Origin: Nitrosopumilus sp.
GTDB lineage: Archaea; Thermoproteota; Nitrososphaeria; Nitrososphaerales; Nitrosopumilaceae
Reading direction: 5' to 3'
Length of the DNA: 64,000 bases
Assembly (NCBI GenBank): GCA_965197525.1
Contig: OZ240211.1
Span: 992,001-1,056,000 of the forward strand
Part shown: one piece after another, positions 19,347 through 29,828 of the stretch
Position numbering within the stretch: the first letter of the stretch is position 1
Layout of the letters: each line of letters starts with the position of its first letter
Made by a program: the position numbers and the translations under genes
Notes under the pieces: generated by a model
The model's database searches: none
What the model was told of the DNA's origin: nothing
What the model saw: the letters and a program-made list of their open reading frames with translations, nothing else

Positions 19347-20543
19347 TCACAAACTCAATCTATTCAGGTACAGCTGCGGATCCTTGAGCTCTCGTGTGCT
19401 GGGAGGCACATCTATCATTTTCTTAAAGGCATATTTGCCTAATTTTTCGTAGATTGTGCGTGTAAAGTCATTACCCATGCTCTTTCTTACTTGGTATGAC
19501 GAGAGATCAGTTCCCATAAACGTGGTAAGGTAGTTTTGAAAATCGATATCATCTTTTAGGATACGCTTGACTGCAAATTCTGCCATACCCTCCATAACGG
19601 TAAATGCTGCATGATGACGTTGTATAGGAGCAAGCCATCGCTTGTAAATATCCAACAATTCAGGAATTGATTCAGAAATTTTGGGATCCATCTCGACATG
19701 TGTAAATGTCATTACGTCAGGTCCAATCTGTTCGATTAAAAAGTGATCGGGATTCAAGAAAAAGAACAGGTTGGCCCTTTTTGCAAACGGAAAGTCGTCA
19801 GGAACTGTCTGCAACTGGCAATAGTCAGACAGATGGTTAACAACTGTGATATCAAGGGATAAGATTATCTTGGCTAATTCCTCGTTAATTTGGTTAACCT
19901 GCATGGCAGCATCCCGATTTATCTCTTGTAAATTTTGCTGGGTAGAATGAACTAATTCTTCAAGGACTGTCATCTTGATAGCTCCAAGATATCCTGAATT
20001 TACATTTGGAAATCGCGACTCAAATGGCGGACCTTGTTTATGCAAAATTATCTTCGGATATCGTGACAAAATGAATTTGTTCAAGCAGATTACTGGATCA
20101 AGATAGTCACCGTATGTAGTTGTGATTTTAGAGATATATTGAATGGCATATGTAGAGTATACCAGGTATTTAGCGGTGTCTTGCTGCATTAATTCTGCAA
20201 TCTTTTTTGAATGCTGTTTTGCAACAGCATTAAATAACTCGGCGACGAATTCAGTCGATTGTGAGTCGGCAAATACCTTTTTGCCCTTTAATCTCTTTAA
20301 TTCTTCAAGCTCTGGGAATTTTAGCTGTAGGTTATCAGGAACTTTAACTCCCAAAAACTCTTCAACCTTTGTTTTAGAATCAGGCAGTATATCATGGGCA
20401 ATATCTTCTAATTCTTTGAATTGTACGCTATCTGCAATGTCATCTTGTGCCTTGACTGCCAACTCTGCAATCTCGCTCTCCTCTGAAATTTCAACTGATA
20501 ATTGTCCAAATAACGCCTCTACAAACTCTTGAAATTCTCCCAA
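19347..20543 (-). CDS. Conserved hypothetical protein, zincin-like
   Basis: LEELVHSTQ and MEGMAEF resemble metallopeptidase-like motifs. Confidence 0.6.
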   Translation of the reverse strand: MGEFQEFVEALFGQLSVEISEESEIAELAVKAQDDIADSVQFKELEDIAHDILPDSKTKVEEFLGVKVPDNLQLKFPELEELKRLKGKKVFADSQSTEFVAELFNAVAKQHSKKIAELMQQDTAKYLVYSTYAIQYISKITTTYGDYLDPVICLNKFILSRYPKIILHKQGPPFESRFPNVNSGYLGAIKMTVLEELVHSTQQNLQEINRDAAMQVNQINEELAKIILSLDITVVNHLSDYCQLQTVPDDFPFAKRANLFFFLNPDHFLIEQIGPDVMTFTHVEMDPKISESIPELLDIYKRWLAPIQRHHAAFTVMEGMAEFAVKRILKDDIDFQNYLTTFMGTDLSSYQVRKSMGNDFTRTIYEKLGKYAFKKMIDVPPSTRELKDPQLYLNRLSL

Positions 20544-20638
20544 TTTGGATAAAATTTGAGGAATACTACATTTAAGATTATCTTGAATAGATGCAGCAAA
20601 GAAATTATTAGTTTGACGTTGACAAAAATTATCAGAAT

Positions 20639-21544
20639 ATGCTTGAATCTACTCTCGAATTTTTAAGATGTGTTAGATGTAGTAATTCAAGATTAGAGTT
20701 AGATGCATTCAAAGTGGAAAAAGAGATCAAAGAAGGAATTTTAGAATGCAGCAAATGTCATGCAATATATCCGGTTGTCGAAAAGATCCCAATTCTTTGG
20801 AATGAGCTGTCAGAGTATTTTGCATCTCGTAAGATTTTAGGTGGACAGTTATACCAACTAGTTCAAACAAGGGAGTTAAAACAACTCATAAAATCATCAT
20901 TGTTGAATACAGGACAAATAAAATATGAAGACGATAAAAAGATAGAAGAGAAAGAAGATAGAACCATAATTGAAAAACGATGGGCTACAATATATCAAAA
21001 CAACAAGTCATCCAAATTCTATTTTACAATAATGGACAATATCAAAAACATAAAGCGAAAAAATTTAGTTTTAGAGTATGGATGCTCGATTGGAATTACA
21101 GCTGCATCACTTGCCAAATCACATGACATGGTATTTGGTATCGATAGATCATTTACTGCGTTACAATATGCAAAAAAATTATACAAAAATAATCTAGATT
21201 ATGTCACAGCTGATCTACTATCTCCAGTATTTGGGAATTTACAGTTTGAACTTGTTCTTGCTTTGAATGTCCTAGATTTGGTAGAACCCAAAGAGCTACT
21301 AAATTGCATATCAAGACAAGTATCAAACGGATATGTCATATTGGCAGACCCTTACGATTTTGACAGAGGAGTAAACTCTGTAAAAAAATCAGTTGATGAG
21401 ACAACGCTACGTAAAAGTTTGACTGATTTGGGATTTAAGATATCAGCAGAAACACGGCACCCGTCCTTTATTCCCTGGAATTTAAAACTAAATCCACGCG
21501 CCACACTAAACTACAAAGTTGATCTTGTGATGGGAAAGAGATGA
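20639..21544 (+). CDS. Trm112-like Zn domain fused to a SAM methyltransferase
   Basis: CVRC..CSKC at the N-terminus; VLEYGCSIG SAM motif. Confidence 0.75.
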   Translation: MLESTLEFLRCVRCSNSRLELDAFKVEKEIKEGILECSKCHAIYPVVEKIPILWNELSEYFASRKILGGQLYQLVQTRELKQLIKSSLLNTGQIKYEDDKKIEEKEDRTIIEKRWATIYQNNKSSKFYFTIMDNIKNIKRKNLVLEYGCSIGITAASLAKSHDMVFGIDRSFTALQYAKKLYKNNLDYVTADLLSPVFGNLQFELVLALNVLDLVEPKELLNCISRQVSNGYVILADPYDFDRGVNSVKKSVDETTLRKSLTDLGFKISAETRHPSFIPWNLKLNPRATLNYKVDLVMGKR

Positions 21545-21755
21545 AATTTTTGATTTTATAGAATGTTTTTTGAACTAGGCGACTCTTGTTTTGCCATACA
21601 ATGTAAGACCAATATACAAGACTGCCTAAAATTAATGAAGATGAGATGAGAATCTACAAAATCAACGTAATCTGACTGTCTAAATTATACTATCATGCCT
21701 AGAACTCGAAAAAAAATAGAATAACAAAGAAATACTGAAAAGAACTAGAATAGTT

Positions 21756-22067
21756 ATGGCAACAGCTGTGATCATAATACCTATCATTATTGTTACAATT
21801 GTAGGGTTGGCAGGATATCTCTTGTATCGATTGGTAATTTATGATTGGTCCTGCAAGAGAACAGTCAACCAATCGCTTCAGAGATACAATATCAAAGAGA
21901 CGCCATCACAGATAATCAAAAAATATTATGATAAAAAAGGGGAATCCATTTCGCCTAAAGAGATTCAAGACTTGGAAAAAAATTACAGACAGAAAGAGCC
22001 AGAACAATTTCTAGCAATGTATGATGCAATAATGGACAATAACCAAAAGAATAGAAAAGAAGATTAG
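21756..22067 (+). CDS. Hypothetical protein with N-terminal TM helix
   Basis: Clean ORF with hydrophobic N-terminus. Confidence 0.7.
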   Translation: MATAVIIIPIIIVTIVGLAGYLLYRLVIYDWSCKRTVNQSLQRYNIKETPSQIIKKYYDKKGESISPKEIQDLEKNYRQKEPEQFLAMYDAIMDNNQKNRKED

Positions 22068-22237
22068 AGTTTTTTCTTGTAATTCAAGTGACAAAGCAAA
22101 TTAGAGATAACGCAGTTAGAAGGCATCTTATTCAAATAGAATTACACAATCACTGTTATAATAGGAAACTTGAGAATCAAAGTGCTATATCTAATTGATA
22201 CAAATAGATATACAATCATTTACAAAATTTTAAAAGT

Positions 22238-23113
22238 CTAAGGATTGACAGGTATTGAGATGAATGGCGTGCCACCCTCGCCTACAACTAGTGGTAATTC
22301 ACCATCCCAAGCTTGTGTCTTTAACCATTCCAGGTAATTTGGATTACTAGCTAATGCATCATTAATAATAGAAATTGCTTCTGCCTCACCCTTGGCTTCG
22401 GCAATGTTTGCGTTTGCTATACCGATTGCTTGGGCTTCGTGCTGTTTAGCTTCAACTTCGATTCTTCTCAAGTCATTTTCTGCTTTTAGGGCTTTTTGTT
22501 CGGCTTCTACTTTTGACTCAATGGCTTGAGAAAACAAAGGTGAAAACTCAAAATCAGTAATAGATATGACCTCAGTTACAATATTAAATTGAGACAGTCT
22601 CTCACTGATTGACGCTTCAATATCTGATTTAACTAGAGGTCTTTTGGTAATAAGTTCCTCAGCATTATAATTTGCAGTTACTTGTTTAACAGTCTCTTCT
22701 ATAGCTGGTTCAATTACTCTATTCTCATAATCAAGACCTAGATTCTTGTATAGTCTATGTACAGACTCTCGGTCAGGATAATAGTTGACTGTCACTGTAG
22801 TCTCCACTGTTTGAAGATCTTTTGATGCACTTCTAGCCTCACTTGCATACTTTAAGGTACGTACCTCGATATTGACTACCTCATCTTGGAATGGAACAAC
22901 AAAGTGTATTCCCTCAACTAATGGGGGTTGTGTAGTATCAACTGCGTTCCAGTGTAATAGTACGCCTCTGTGACCTGCATCTACTATCTTGACTGAAGAT
23001 GATGCCACGACTCCTACCAGAGCAAGAACGATTATACAAACTAGAACTATTTTTGCTGCGTTAAGATTAACTTTTGGGGACTGATACCTTGACAATTCTA
23101 CCATGTATAGCAT
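22238..23113 (-). CDS. Prohibitin/SPFH (band 7) family membrane protein
   Basis: TM helix, SKDLQTV, AIESKVEAEQ coiled coil. Confidence 0.92.
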   Translation of the reverse strand: MLYMVELSRYQSPKVNLNAAKIVLVCIIVLALVGVVASSSVKIVDAGHRGVLLHWNAVDTTQPPLVEGIHFVVPFQDEVVNIEVRTLKYASEARSASKDLQTVETTVTVNYYPDRESVHRLYKNLGLDYENRVIEPAIEETVKQVTANYNAEELITKRPLVKSDIEASISERLSQFNIVTEVISITDFEFSPLFSQAIESKVEAEQKALKAENDLRRIEVEAKQHEAQAIGIANANIAEAKGEAEAISIINDALASNPNYLEWLKTQAWDGELPLVVGEGGTPFISIPVNP

Positions 23114-23199
23114 TTATCATTATATTAACCATACAGTAAGCGCGGTAGCAGAGCACACATGTCTCAACAAATTTATGCTATACAAGATATGAGGTTATA

Positions 23200-23691
23200 A
23201 TGGAACATGACTTTACATGGATTTATTTACTGATCTTTCTAGCGATTCCACTAGCAAGAATAATCCCCAGATTGTTAGCAAAAGCTGGAATTAGTAGTGG
23301 CTATATCGGTGGCAGAATGAGAGATAATATGAATACGAGCAGTGATTACAGAGATGCAGTACGTGCAGAGGAAGAAAAACAGTTCAAAGTAGAACGTAAT
23401 GATTATTCAAAGAAACAAGTACCAGAACCTAAACCTGCGACAAAATCCAAACCTACGATTGAGGATAAACCCCAAACAAAGAACAATCTTGTGTTAGGAG
23501 CCTTAAACAGAGGATCAAAAACATTTGCGAGCCTTCAAAAAAATACAGGATTGAATAGTGATGAGCTTGATTCAGTGTTGGGAGATTTAGAAAAGAAAGG
23601 CATGGTAAAAGTAGTAAAGAAACAAGGATTGTTTGGTACCAAGACTGAACTATACCCCACAGATAAAGGATTTCAAGCGTATTACTCCTAA
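23200..23691 (+). CDS. Membrane-anchored protein with C-terminal winged helix
   Basis: N-terminal TM helix; SKTFASLQKNTGLNSDELDSVLGDLEKKGMV wHTH. Confidence 0.7.
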   Translation: MEHDFTWIYLLIFLAIPLARIIPRLLAKAGISSGYIGGRMRDNMNTSSDYRDAVRAEEEKQFKVERNDYSKKQVPEPKPATKSKPTIEDKPQTKNNLVLGALNRGSKTFASLQKNTGLNSDELDSVLGDLEKKGMVKVVKKQGLFGTKTELYPTDKGFQAYYS

Positions 23692-24302
23692 ATGTATGTA
23701 TTCAGATGCATGTCTAAAATTTTACAATCTTGGCAGATGAATCATATGCAGTTGGGCCAAAACGAGATTGGCTAGAACGTACAAATGACAGTATAACCAT
23801 AAAGATTTTGATTGCATCTACAAGCGACAACTTGGAGGATATATTCAAATGGATAAAATGCTAACAGCTGACATATCTGATGTTTAGGATATAAAAAAAA
23901 TATGCATAATTTAGATCTTGTGAATGCGTGTATGGCAAAACAAAACATTGTGAATTATTTACTGATATTATCAAAATATGCTTTGCAAAATCAAGATTTT
24001 ATTTTTATAATGGAATAAAAATCATCCAAGGTTTACAGTAGTTAGTCGGCACAGATGTAATCAAAAAATAAAAAAATATCCAAAGATAAATCGTATCGAT
24101 AGGATAAATGATCGATGCCGGTAACGCAGAAATATACAAATATGCGTCAGACAGTATCGTATAATTTATCAGACATAAAGCAATCAGTTACGGTATCATC
24201 GCTACAAATACAGTTACCTAACTAACGCAAAATCACGTATTGAAGTGACAGACAGATTCCAATCTGAAACGAGTACGGTAAATTAACAAGATGTTTAGTG
24301 TG

Positions 24303-24417
24303 TGCCGGGGGCGAGTTTCGAACTCGCGACCTCCAGATTATGAGTATTGCCTTTGTTGGAGAACCGTTAGAGATTACCAATTCAACTGGCACTCTAACCA
24401 GGCTGAGCTACCCCGGC
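24303..24417 (-). tRNA. tRNA-Met(CAT), elongator type, with 40-nt intron (24346-24385) at non-canonical position 30/31
   Basis: Acceptor GCCGGGG/CCCCGGC; after splicing the anticodon arm is CCAGA-CTCATAA-TCTGG; BHB central helix TGCC/GGCA. Confidence 0.92.
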
Positions 24418-24454
24418 ATAATCTTTGCATAAAAATTTGAGAAATTAAATGATT

Positions 24455-26308
24455 CTAATTGGATTTAAATGTCTGCCAGTCTACATCTTCATCCTTGACC
24501 CAAGTGAACTTTTTTTGCAACGCTGGAGTATACAGTTTCTCCCATTCTAAACCAACTTTGCTGGTCCAAGCCTTAAAAACACGAGGATCTATATAATTTC
24601 TCAATGAAGTCCCAATGTTATAGTCTTTTGTAGCCTTTGCTAGGTCAATCTGTGATTGTAATTTCTCGATTCTTGCATCATGTCTTGTTTTTTGATTGTT
24701 GATCTGGTCTTTGAGTGTCTTGATTCGCTTGGTTCTATTGGTTTTTTGTTTACGTGTCTTTGCTTTAGATGCCTTTTTCTTTTTTAGAAGAACTTCTGAG
24801 CGTTTCCAAGGCTTTTCACTCTTCAGAGTTTCAAGCCTCTCTCGTTTCTTTTCTAATGATTCGAAAAACGTCTTTGGAATAGTTCTTTTGTGATTACACA
24901 TCTTGGCAGCCTCCAAATTAGCTTGTTTGCCATGATAGATCTTTTTATTCTCTGTTTCGTCAGATATATCATCGTGTTCCAAGAGATATTCTTGAACTTT
25001 GTTTGTTGCAAGATAGGTTCTGAACACTTTAGCAGATAATCCCTTTATGATACTAGAATAGTATTGATTGACGTGTCGTGATCGAATCGAGTCAAAAATA
25101 TCATCATTTGGTTTCTTTTTTGCGATTATCTGTTTTAGATTCTCACGGAACTGTAGATCATCACCTGTAGCGGATATTGTCTCTTGCCATCTAATACTAT
25201 CTTTTCCCAGAAAATCAAATTTAATTGCATCATCAGTGATTTCGATATGTTCCTTTCTAAGAGTTGTAGCGCCTACAGTATCTGCCTCTTCAGGATCTTT
25301 TTCATCACCTACCCTCATTGCAGTTCTATAAATCAAGTAACAGGCTGTAGATATCTTGCGTTTTTTTGGATCTCTGCTTTTCATATCACTGATTATCTTC
25401 TTTTTGACTTTGTCAATGAGTTTTGCAAGGTTTACTGCTTTTTCGTATTTTTCCTTGTCCTTGTCTTGTTTTAATCCAGCAGTATCTGCAAGCCAGACAT
25501 ACTTTGTCTTACCAGTAAGAAAATCTTCCCAGCTTGCCAACCATGTAGCTTCATGGTTATGGACGATTTTGCCCCAGTCACCAGGTGGTCGGATAGCTTT
25601 TTTATCAAGATTAAGTATAACATCTTTTGGAGTAATTCGAGGTTTCCATCTACCACGAAGAGGGTGTTCTCCCCGTCCAATGAATATTCCAGGAGGTTCT
25701 GCCATATAGTTTCCCACTTCAACTGACTCACCGTCCACAGTGGCAAATCCATACTTTGCCTTGATTTTATCTTTTAGAGCCTTCTTCTTTGCAGCCTCTG
25801 ATCTCATTTTGACATCAAGATCGTCAACTGATTTGTATAAAGCATCTAAATCTGTTGATTGTTCTCTGCTCTTACCAGATTTTTCCATCTTTTTAATCTC
25901 TAGCTTTAATCGCTTTTTCTCATCCCGCATCTCTGCTCGTTTGAGTTTAGCCTGTTCTTTCTCTTTTTCCTTCTTCGCCTTTTCTTTGTCCACTATGGCA
26001 TAAACATCTGAAAAATCGATATCATCGTATGGTGTTTTTTTAAACGGGCTGCTGCCAAAAGTTTTGAGAAAATCCTTGGTGAAGTTTTTTTGAAATACTC
26101 TATCTTGTACGTACGGTGTGTCTTTCTTTTTTGCCCATTGATATGCCATCTCTTCCTGATTTGAAGTGAGTTTGGCAGTCTCACCTTTGATCTTGATGGT
26201 AAATCCACGAACATCATATTCTGGAGGAAAAATAATTCCTTTATGTTGCAGTGTCTTCCACTTTTTACTTTTTTTGACTTTGCGCTTCTTTTTTTTACTA
26301 GTTGACAT
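24455..26308 (-). CDS. top1: DNA topoisomerase IB (eukaryote-like, thaumarchaeal)
   Basis: WKTLQHKG, EPPGIFIGRGEHP, MRVGDEK, FDFLGKDS, AKVFRTY, CNH, TSLRNYIDP (catalytic Tyr). Confidence 0.97.
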   Translation of the reverse strand: MSTSKKKKRKVKKSKKWKTLQHKGIIFPPEYDVRGFTIKIKGETAKLTSNQEEMAYQWAKKKDTPYVQDRVFQKNFTKDFLKTFGSSPFKKTPYDDIDFSDVYAIVDKEKAKKEKEKEQAKLKRAEMRDEKKRLKLEIKKMEKSGKSREQSTDLDALYKSVDDLDVKMRSEAAKKKALKDKIKAKYGFATVDGESVEVGNYMAEPPGIFIGRGEHPLRGRWKPRITPKDVILNLDKKAIRPPGDWGKIVHNHEATWLASWEDFLTGKTKYVWLADTAGLKQDKDKEKYEKAVNLAKLIDKVKKKIISDMKSRDPKKRKISTACYLIYRTAMRVGDEKDPEEADTVGATTLRKEHIEITDDAIKFDFLGKDSIRWQETISATGDDLQFRENLKQIIAKKKPNDDIFDSIRSRHVNQYYSSIIKGLSAKVFRTYLATNKVQEYLLEHDDISDETENKKIYHGKQANLEAAKMCNHKRTIPKTFFESLEKKRERLETLKSEKPWKRSEVLLKKKKASKAKTRKQKTNRTKRIKTLKDQINNQKTRHDARIEKLQSQIDLAKATKDYNIGTSLRNYIDPRVFKAWTSKVGLEWEKLYTPALQKKFTWVKDEDVDWQTFKSN

Positions 26309-26365
26309 TGCAAACGTTGATGATTACACTAAAAAATATGTATATCAATTTAACTAAATATGGTA

Positions 26366-27208
26366 TTATTGAGGAAATAGTTCTTTACTCATGTATTTTT
26401 CAAATTCTATATCCGTTTTTGTGCTTTTTGCCTCTAAAAACATTGCAGCGTCTGTTCCAACAATGTATCGTGGTAAGATCTCATCATCATAAATTGCCTT
26501 TAAAACAGTATCTGCAACTTGAGAGGGAGGGGTTCCCATCTCTACCATCATTTTAAGCCCGGCAAGAATATTACTAGTCAGTGTCGTATATTTGGGATCC
26601 GTCTTGGAATCGGGTATCTTCATGGAGTTAAAAAAGTTCGTCTTGATGACGCCTGGTTCAATTATAACAATTTTGATACCAAACTGGCCCAACTCATACC
26701 GTAAACATTCACTCAATCCCTCTAACGCAAACTTGGAACTGATGTATGCAGATGACCCAGGCAGTCCCATCCTACCTGCAACAGAACTGATATTTACAAT
26801 AATGCCTGACTGTTGAGCCCTCATGATTGGAGATACTTTTTGAATAATGTTTACGATACTAAAAAAATTGGTCTCAAATTGTTCTTTGAACTCATCAAGA
26901 GTAACATCCTCTGTACATCCAAACTGTCCGTATCCAGCGTTATTTACTAGGACATCGATTTGTTCAGAGTCCGAGATAACTTGGTTAATAGCAGAATCAA
27001 CGGATTTGTCATCATTTACATCAAGACGTATCGCCGTAACTGACAAATTCTCTTTTTTAGCAGCATTTTCTAGCTCTCCTGCTTTTGTAGTGTCTCGCAT
27101 GCTAGCAAAGGTACGATAACCATCCCTTGCCAAGGCCAACGCAGTCTCTAATCCAATCCCGGATGAACTGCCTGTAACGAGTGCGACCTTCTTCCTCTTG
27201 TCATTCAT
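26366..27208 (-). CDS. Short-chain dehydrogenase/reductase
   Basis: TGSSSGIG, NNAG, YISSK. Confidence 0.93.
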   Translation of the reverse strand: MNDKRKKVALVTGSSSGIGLETALALARDGYRTFASMRDTTKAGELENAAKKENLSVTAIRLDVNDDKSVDSAINQVISDSEQIDVLVNNAGYGQFGCTEDVTLDEFKEQFETNFFSIVNIIQKVSPIMRAQQSGIIVNISSVAGRMGLPGSSAYISSKFALEGLSECLRYELGQFGIKIVIIEPGVIKTNFFNSMKIPDSKTDPKYTTLTSNILAGLKMMVEMGTPPSQVADTVLKAIYDDEILPRYIVGTDAAMFLEAKSTKTDIEFEKYMSKELFPQ

Positions 27209-27250
27209 GACTTTGTATGATTACAGGCATATTTATCCCATTTTATTTAT

Positions 27251-29764
27251 TCATACTAGGGTTTTCTCACCTTGGATGGGTTCAATCAGCTCAGTCTCCT
27301 CACCATTATTGATTCTTGTAAGAATCTCCAATGCCGAATGCTTGTGTAAAAATTCATTATTGTTGCCACAGCGATATGAAAATGTACATCTAGGGCATCC
27401 TGATTCATGCTTGCATGGGCATTCTTTTACAATGTACATGCTCCTCTCAAGGGCTTTCTCAAACCTATCATACAACGCCTTACTAGCACCACTTCCGCCT
27501 ATTGCCCCATCATATATGAAGATCAAGCCAGAAGTTCCCATGGATATTCCACCCAGATCTTGAGATACCCCGCCTGTTATCATATTACTGCCTTCAATAA
27601 CTACATGTTCAGTTGCATGATATCCACTTCCTTCAACATACGATTCGTTGTCAGATTTTGCAATAATATCCAAAGGTCTCGGAGCATGAAACACAATTCC
27701 TTTTGTGACAAAATCATATTCTAGTGGCACATCGAGTTGGTTTTTTTCTCCTTGGGCAACATCCTGACCTAACTCTATGTTGACATAGCCGTACACCGTT
27801 TTTTGAATATGTAGCTTGCAAAATGCAACATTGACCCCATACACTCGTCTCTGTTCAAAGATAGTTTCTATTGTAGGCCATTCATCAGTTAATGCCTTTG
27901 TATAGTAGGGGTGATCCCGAGGGATCTTCTTTAGTACAGCATAATTTTTTTTGGGATACTCAAACTCTGCGACCCGATAACGGGTACCTGCCAAAAAGTA
28001 TATTGCGTCTTTGTGCAATTCCTCTAATGCAATGGGCAATACTCGATCACCAATCTTTTTGGTCGCAAGACGAATGTCAATGGATTGACCAATTCCGCGT
28101 ATGCTGTAATTGTTTAGCAGCGGGTTTATCTTGGCAAAGTTCGGGATAATTCTATTTTTAGATACTAGCAGATTGTTGTTAGCTATGTGGGTTTGAATGG
28201 TGTCACGATGTTCCTGCAACTCGTGTTTAGATAATGGCCTGTCACAGGCCATTGCCAAGATTTGAAACTCTTCAACGAACGGATTTTGTGGATCAATGTA
28301 GGTCTTTTCAATATCCTCAAAGTAATCGTCAGGGTGATTCTTGTAATACTGGGATATGGGATCATTGCCTAATGCCAAAAAAGCGTATCCGCGCTGCCCT
28401 TTTCGTGCAGCCCTGCCTATTCTCTGAATTAGACGGTTCACGGGGATGGTAGACGAGATTACACAGTCAACATCGCCCACGTCAATACCTAACTCAAGCG
28501 TAGGAGTGCATGATACGGCAGATAGCATGTCATTTTTGAACTTGCGCTCTACACTGGTTCGATAATTTGCCATCAGACCAGCCCTATGAACCTCGATGTT
28601 GACCTTTTGTCGTTTAGCTTGAATTGCCAATAACTCGGAATTTAGATGAGAGTTGTTAAACACCATGGTCTTGTGATTTTTCAGAGTCATCTTTTTTGTC
28701 AATTCTACCATTAACTTTCGTTGGGTTCGAAGTGATGGAAACAACATTACAAAATCCGTGTTGCCTTTCCTTCCTGAACCGTGGATTGTAATCATATTCT
28801 CCTCCCCAAACAGCGTCTGACAAAATGATTTTGCATCATCTAACGTGGCAGAAGCTGCAACAAACTGTAACTTGTTGGTACAAATTCGTTTTAACCGTTT
28901 GACTATATAATGAACGTTTGAACCAAATATTCCAGAATATACATGAGCTTCATCAATGATCATAATTCGGATAGATGTTAAAATTGACGCAAATCTAGTT
29001 TGATGCCATAAATGATAGTGTAATGTATCAAAGTTTGTAATCAAGATACGTGGAGGATCATCAAGTACTCTGTTTTTATCATGCCGTGACGTATCACCAT
29101 CAAAAATATTTACATCTATTCCAAGGTTTTGCGTAAATTTTAGAATTTTCGGATATTGATCCCTTGATAATGCTTTTGTAGGATACACAAATACGGCAGA
29201 CACAACTCCAGGGTTGGATTCATTTTTTATTCTTTGGAGCGCTGGAATTAGAAATGCCTCAGTCTTCCCAGACGCAGTAGGGGATTCTATGACAACATTA
29301 TTCCCAAACATAATCTCATATATTGACTCTTCTTGAAATTTGTAGAACTGCTTGATGCCCAGCTCGTCAAGACGTTGCAATATGGCAGGCTCTAACCCCA
29401 GCTCGTCAACGTGGCAGCCCATTTCAGGCTCGGGATTCTTTAAGATTTTGTATTGTGAGATATAGTCTTTTTTGGATGATAGGATGTTTTGGATGATCTT
29501 ATTTGGTTTATTCTTGCCTATCATCTCTGCGATTTCTTCTGCACTTCTGATGATCCCTTCGTCTTGTAGGCTCTCTGAGAGCTTTTTAACAGTAACAAGT
29601 CCCTTGTCAAATCTTGTCAGAAATTCAAGAAATACCTCGTCTGGATTGCTTGAAAATTCCAATATATCTTCAATCCCACACGCATCGCACGAGACATGCA
29701 TTTTTTTGTTGAATGTTTTTTGAATATCTATTTTAGATCTGCATTTTGGACATCGAAACGCCAT
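27251..29764 (-). CDS. DEAD/DEAH-box helicase with DUF1998 (Hrq1/SftH-like)
   Basis: PTASGKT, DEAH, SAT, QRIGRAAR; C-terminal CPC..GCPRC Zn site. Confidence 0.92.
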   Translation of the reverse strand: MAFRCPKCRSKIDIQKTFNKKMHVSCDACGIEDILEFSSNPDEVFLEFLTRFDKGLVTVKKLSESLQDEGIIRSAEEIAEMIGKNKPNKIIQNILSSKKDYISQYKILKNPEPEMGCHVDELGLEPAILQRLDELGIKQFYKFQEESIYEIMFGNNVVIESPTASGKTEAFLIPALQRIKNESNPGVVSAVFVYPTKALSRDQYPKILKFTQNLGIDVNIFDGDTSRHDKNRVLDDPPRILITNFDTLHYHLWHQTRFASILTSIRIMIIDEAHVYSGIFGSNVHYIVKRLKRICTNKLQFVAASATLDDAKSFCQTLFGEENMITIHGSGRKGNTDFVMLFPSLRTQRKLMVELTKKMTLKNHKTMVFNNSHLNSELLAIQAKRQKVNIEVHRAGLMANYRTSVERKFKNDMLSAVSCTPTLELGIDVGDVDCVISSTIPVNRLIQRIGRAARKGQRGYAFLALGNDPISQYYKNHPDDYFEDIEKTYIDPQNPFVEEFQILAMACDRPLSKHELQEHRDTIQTHIANNNLLVSKNRIIPNFAKINPLLNNYSIRGIGQSIDIRLATKKIGDRVLPIALEELHKDAIYFLAGTRYRVAEFEYPKKNYAVLKKIPRDHPYYTKALTDEWPTIETIFEQRRVYGVNVAFCKLHIQKTVYGYVNIELGQDVAQGEKNQLDVPLEYDFVTKGIVFHAPRPLDIIAKSDNESYVEGSGYHATEHVVIEGSNMITGGVSQDLGGISMGTSGLIFIYDGAIGGSGASKALYDRFEKALERSMYIVKECPCKHESGCPRCTFSYRCGNNNEFLHKHSALEILTRINNGEETELIEPIQGEKTLV

Positions 29765-29828
29765 TCTACTGTAAATGAGAATGGTTTGAGGATTTATTGT
29801 TTGAGATTTTTACCAATCAAGTAGAACT

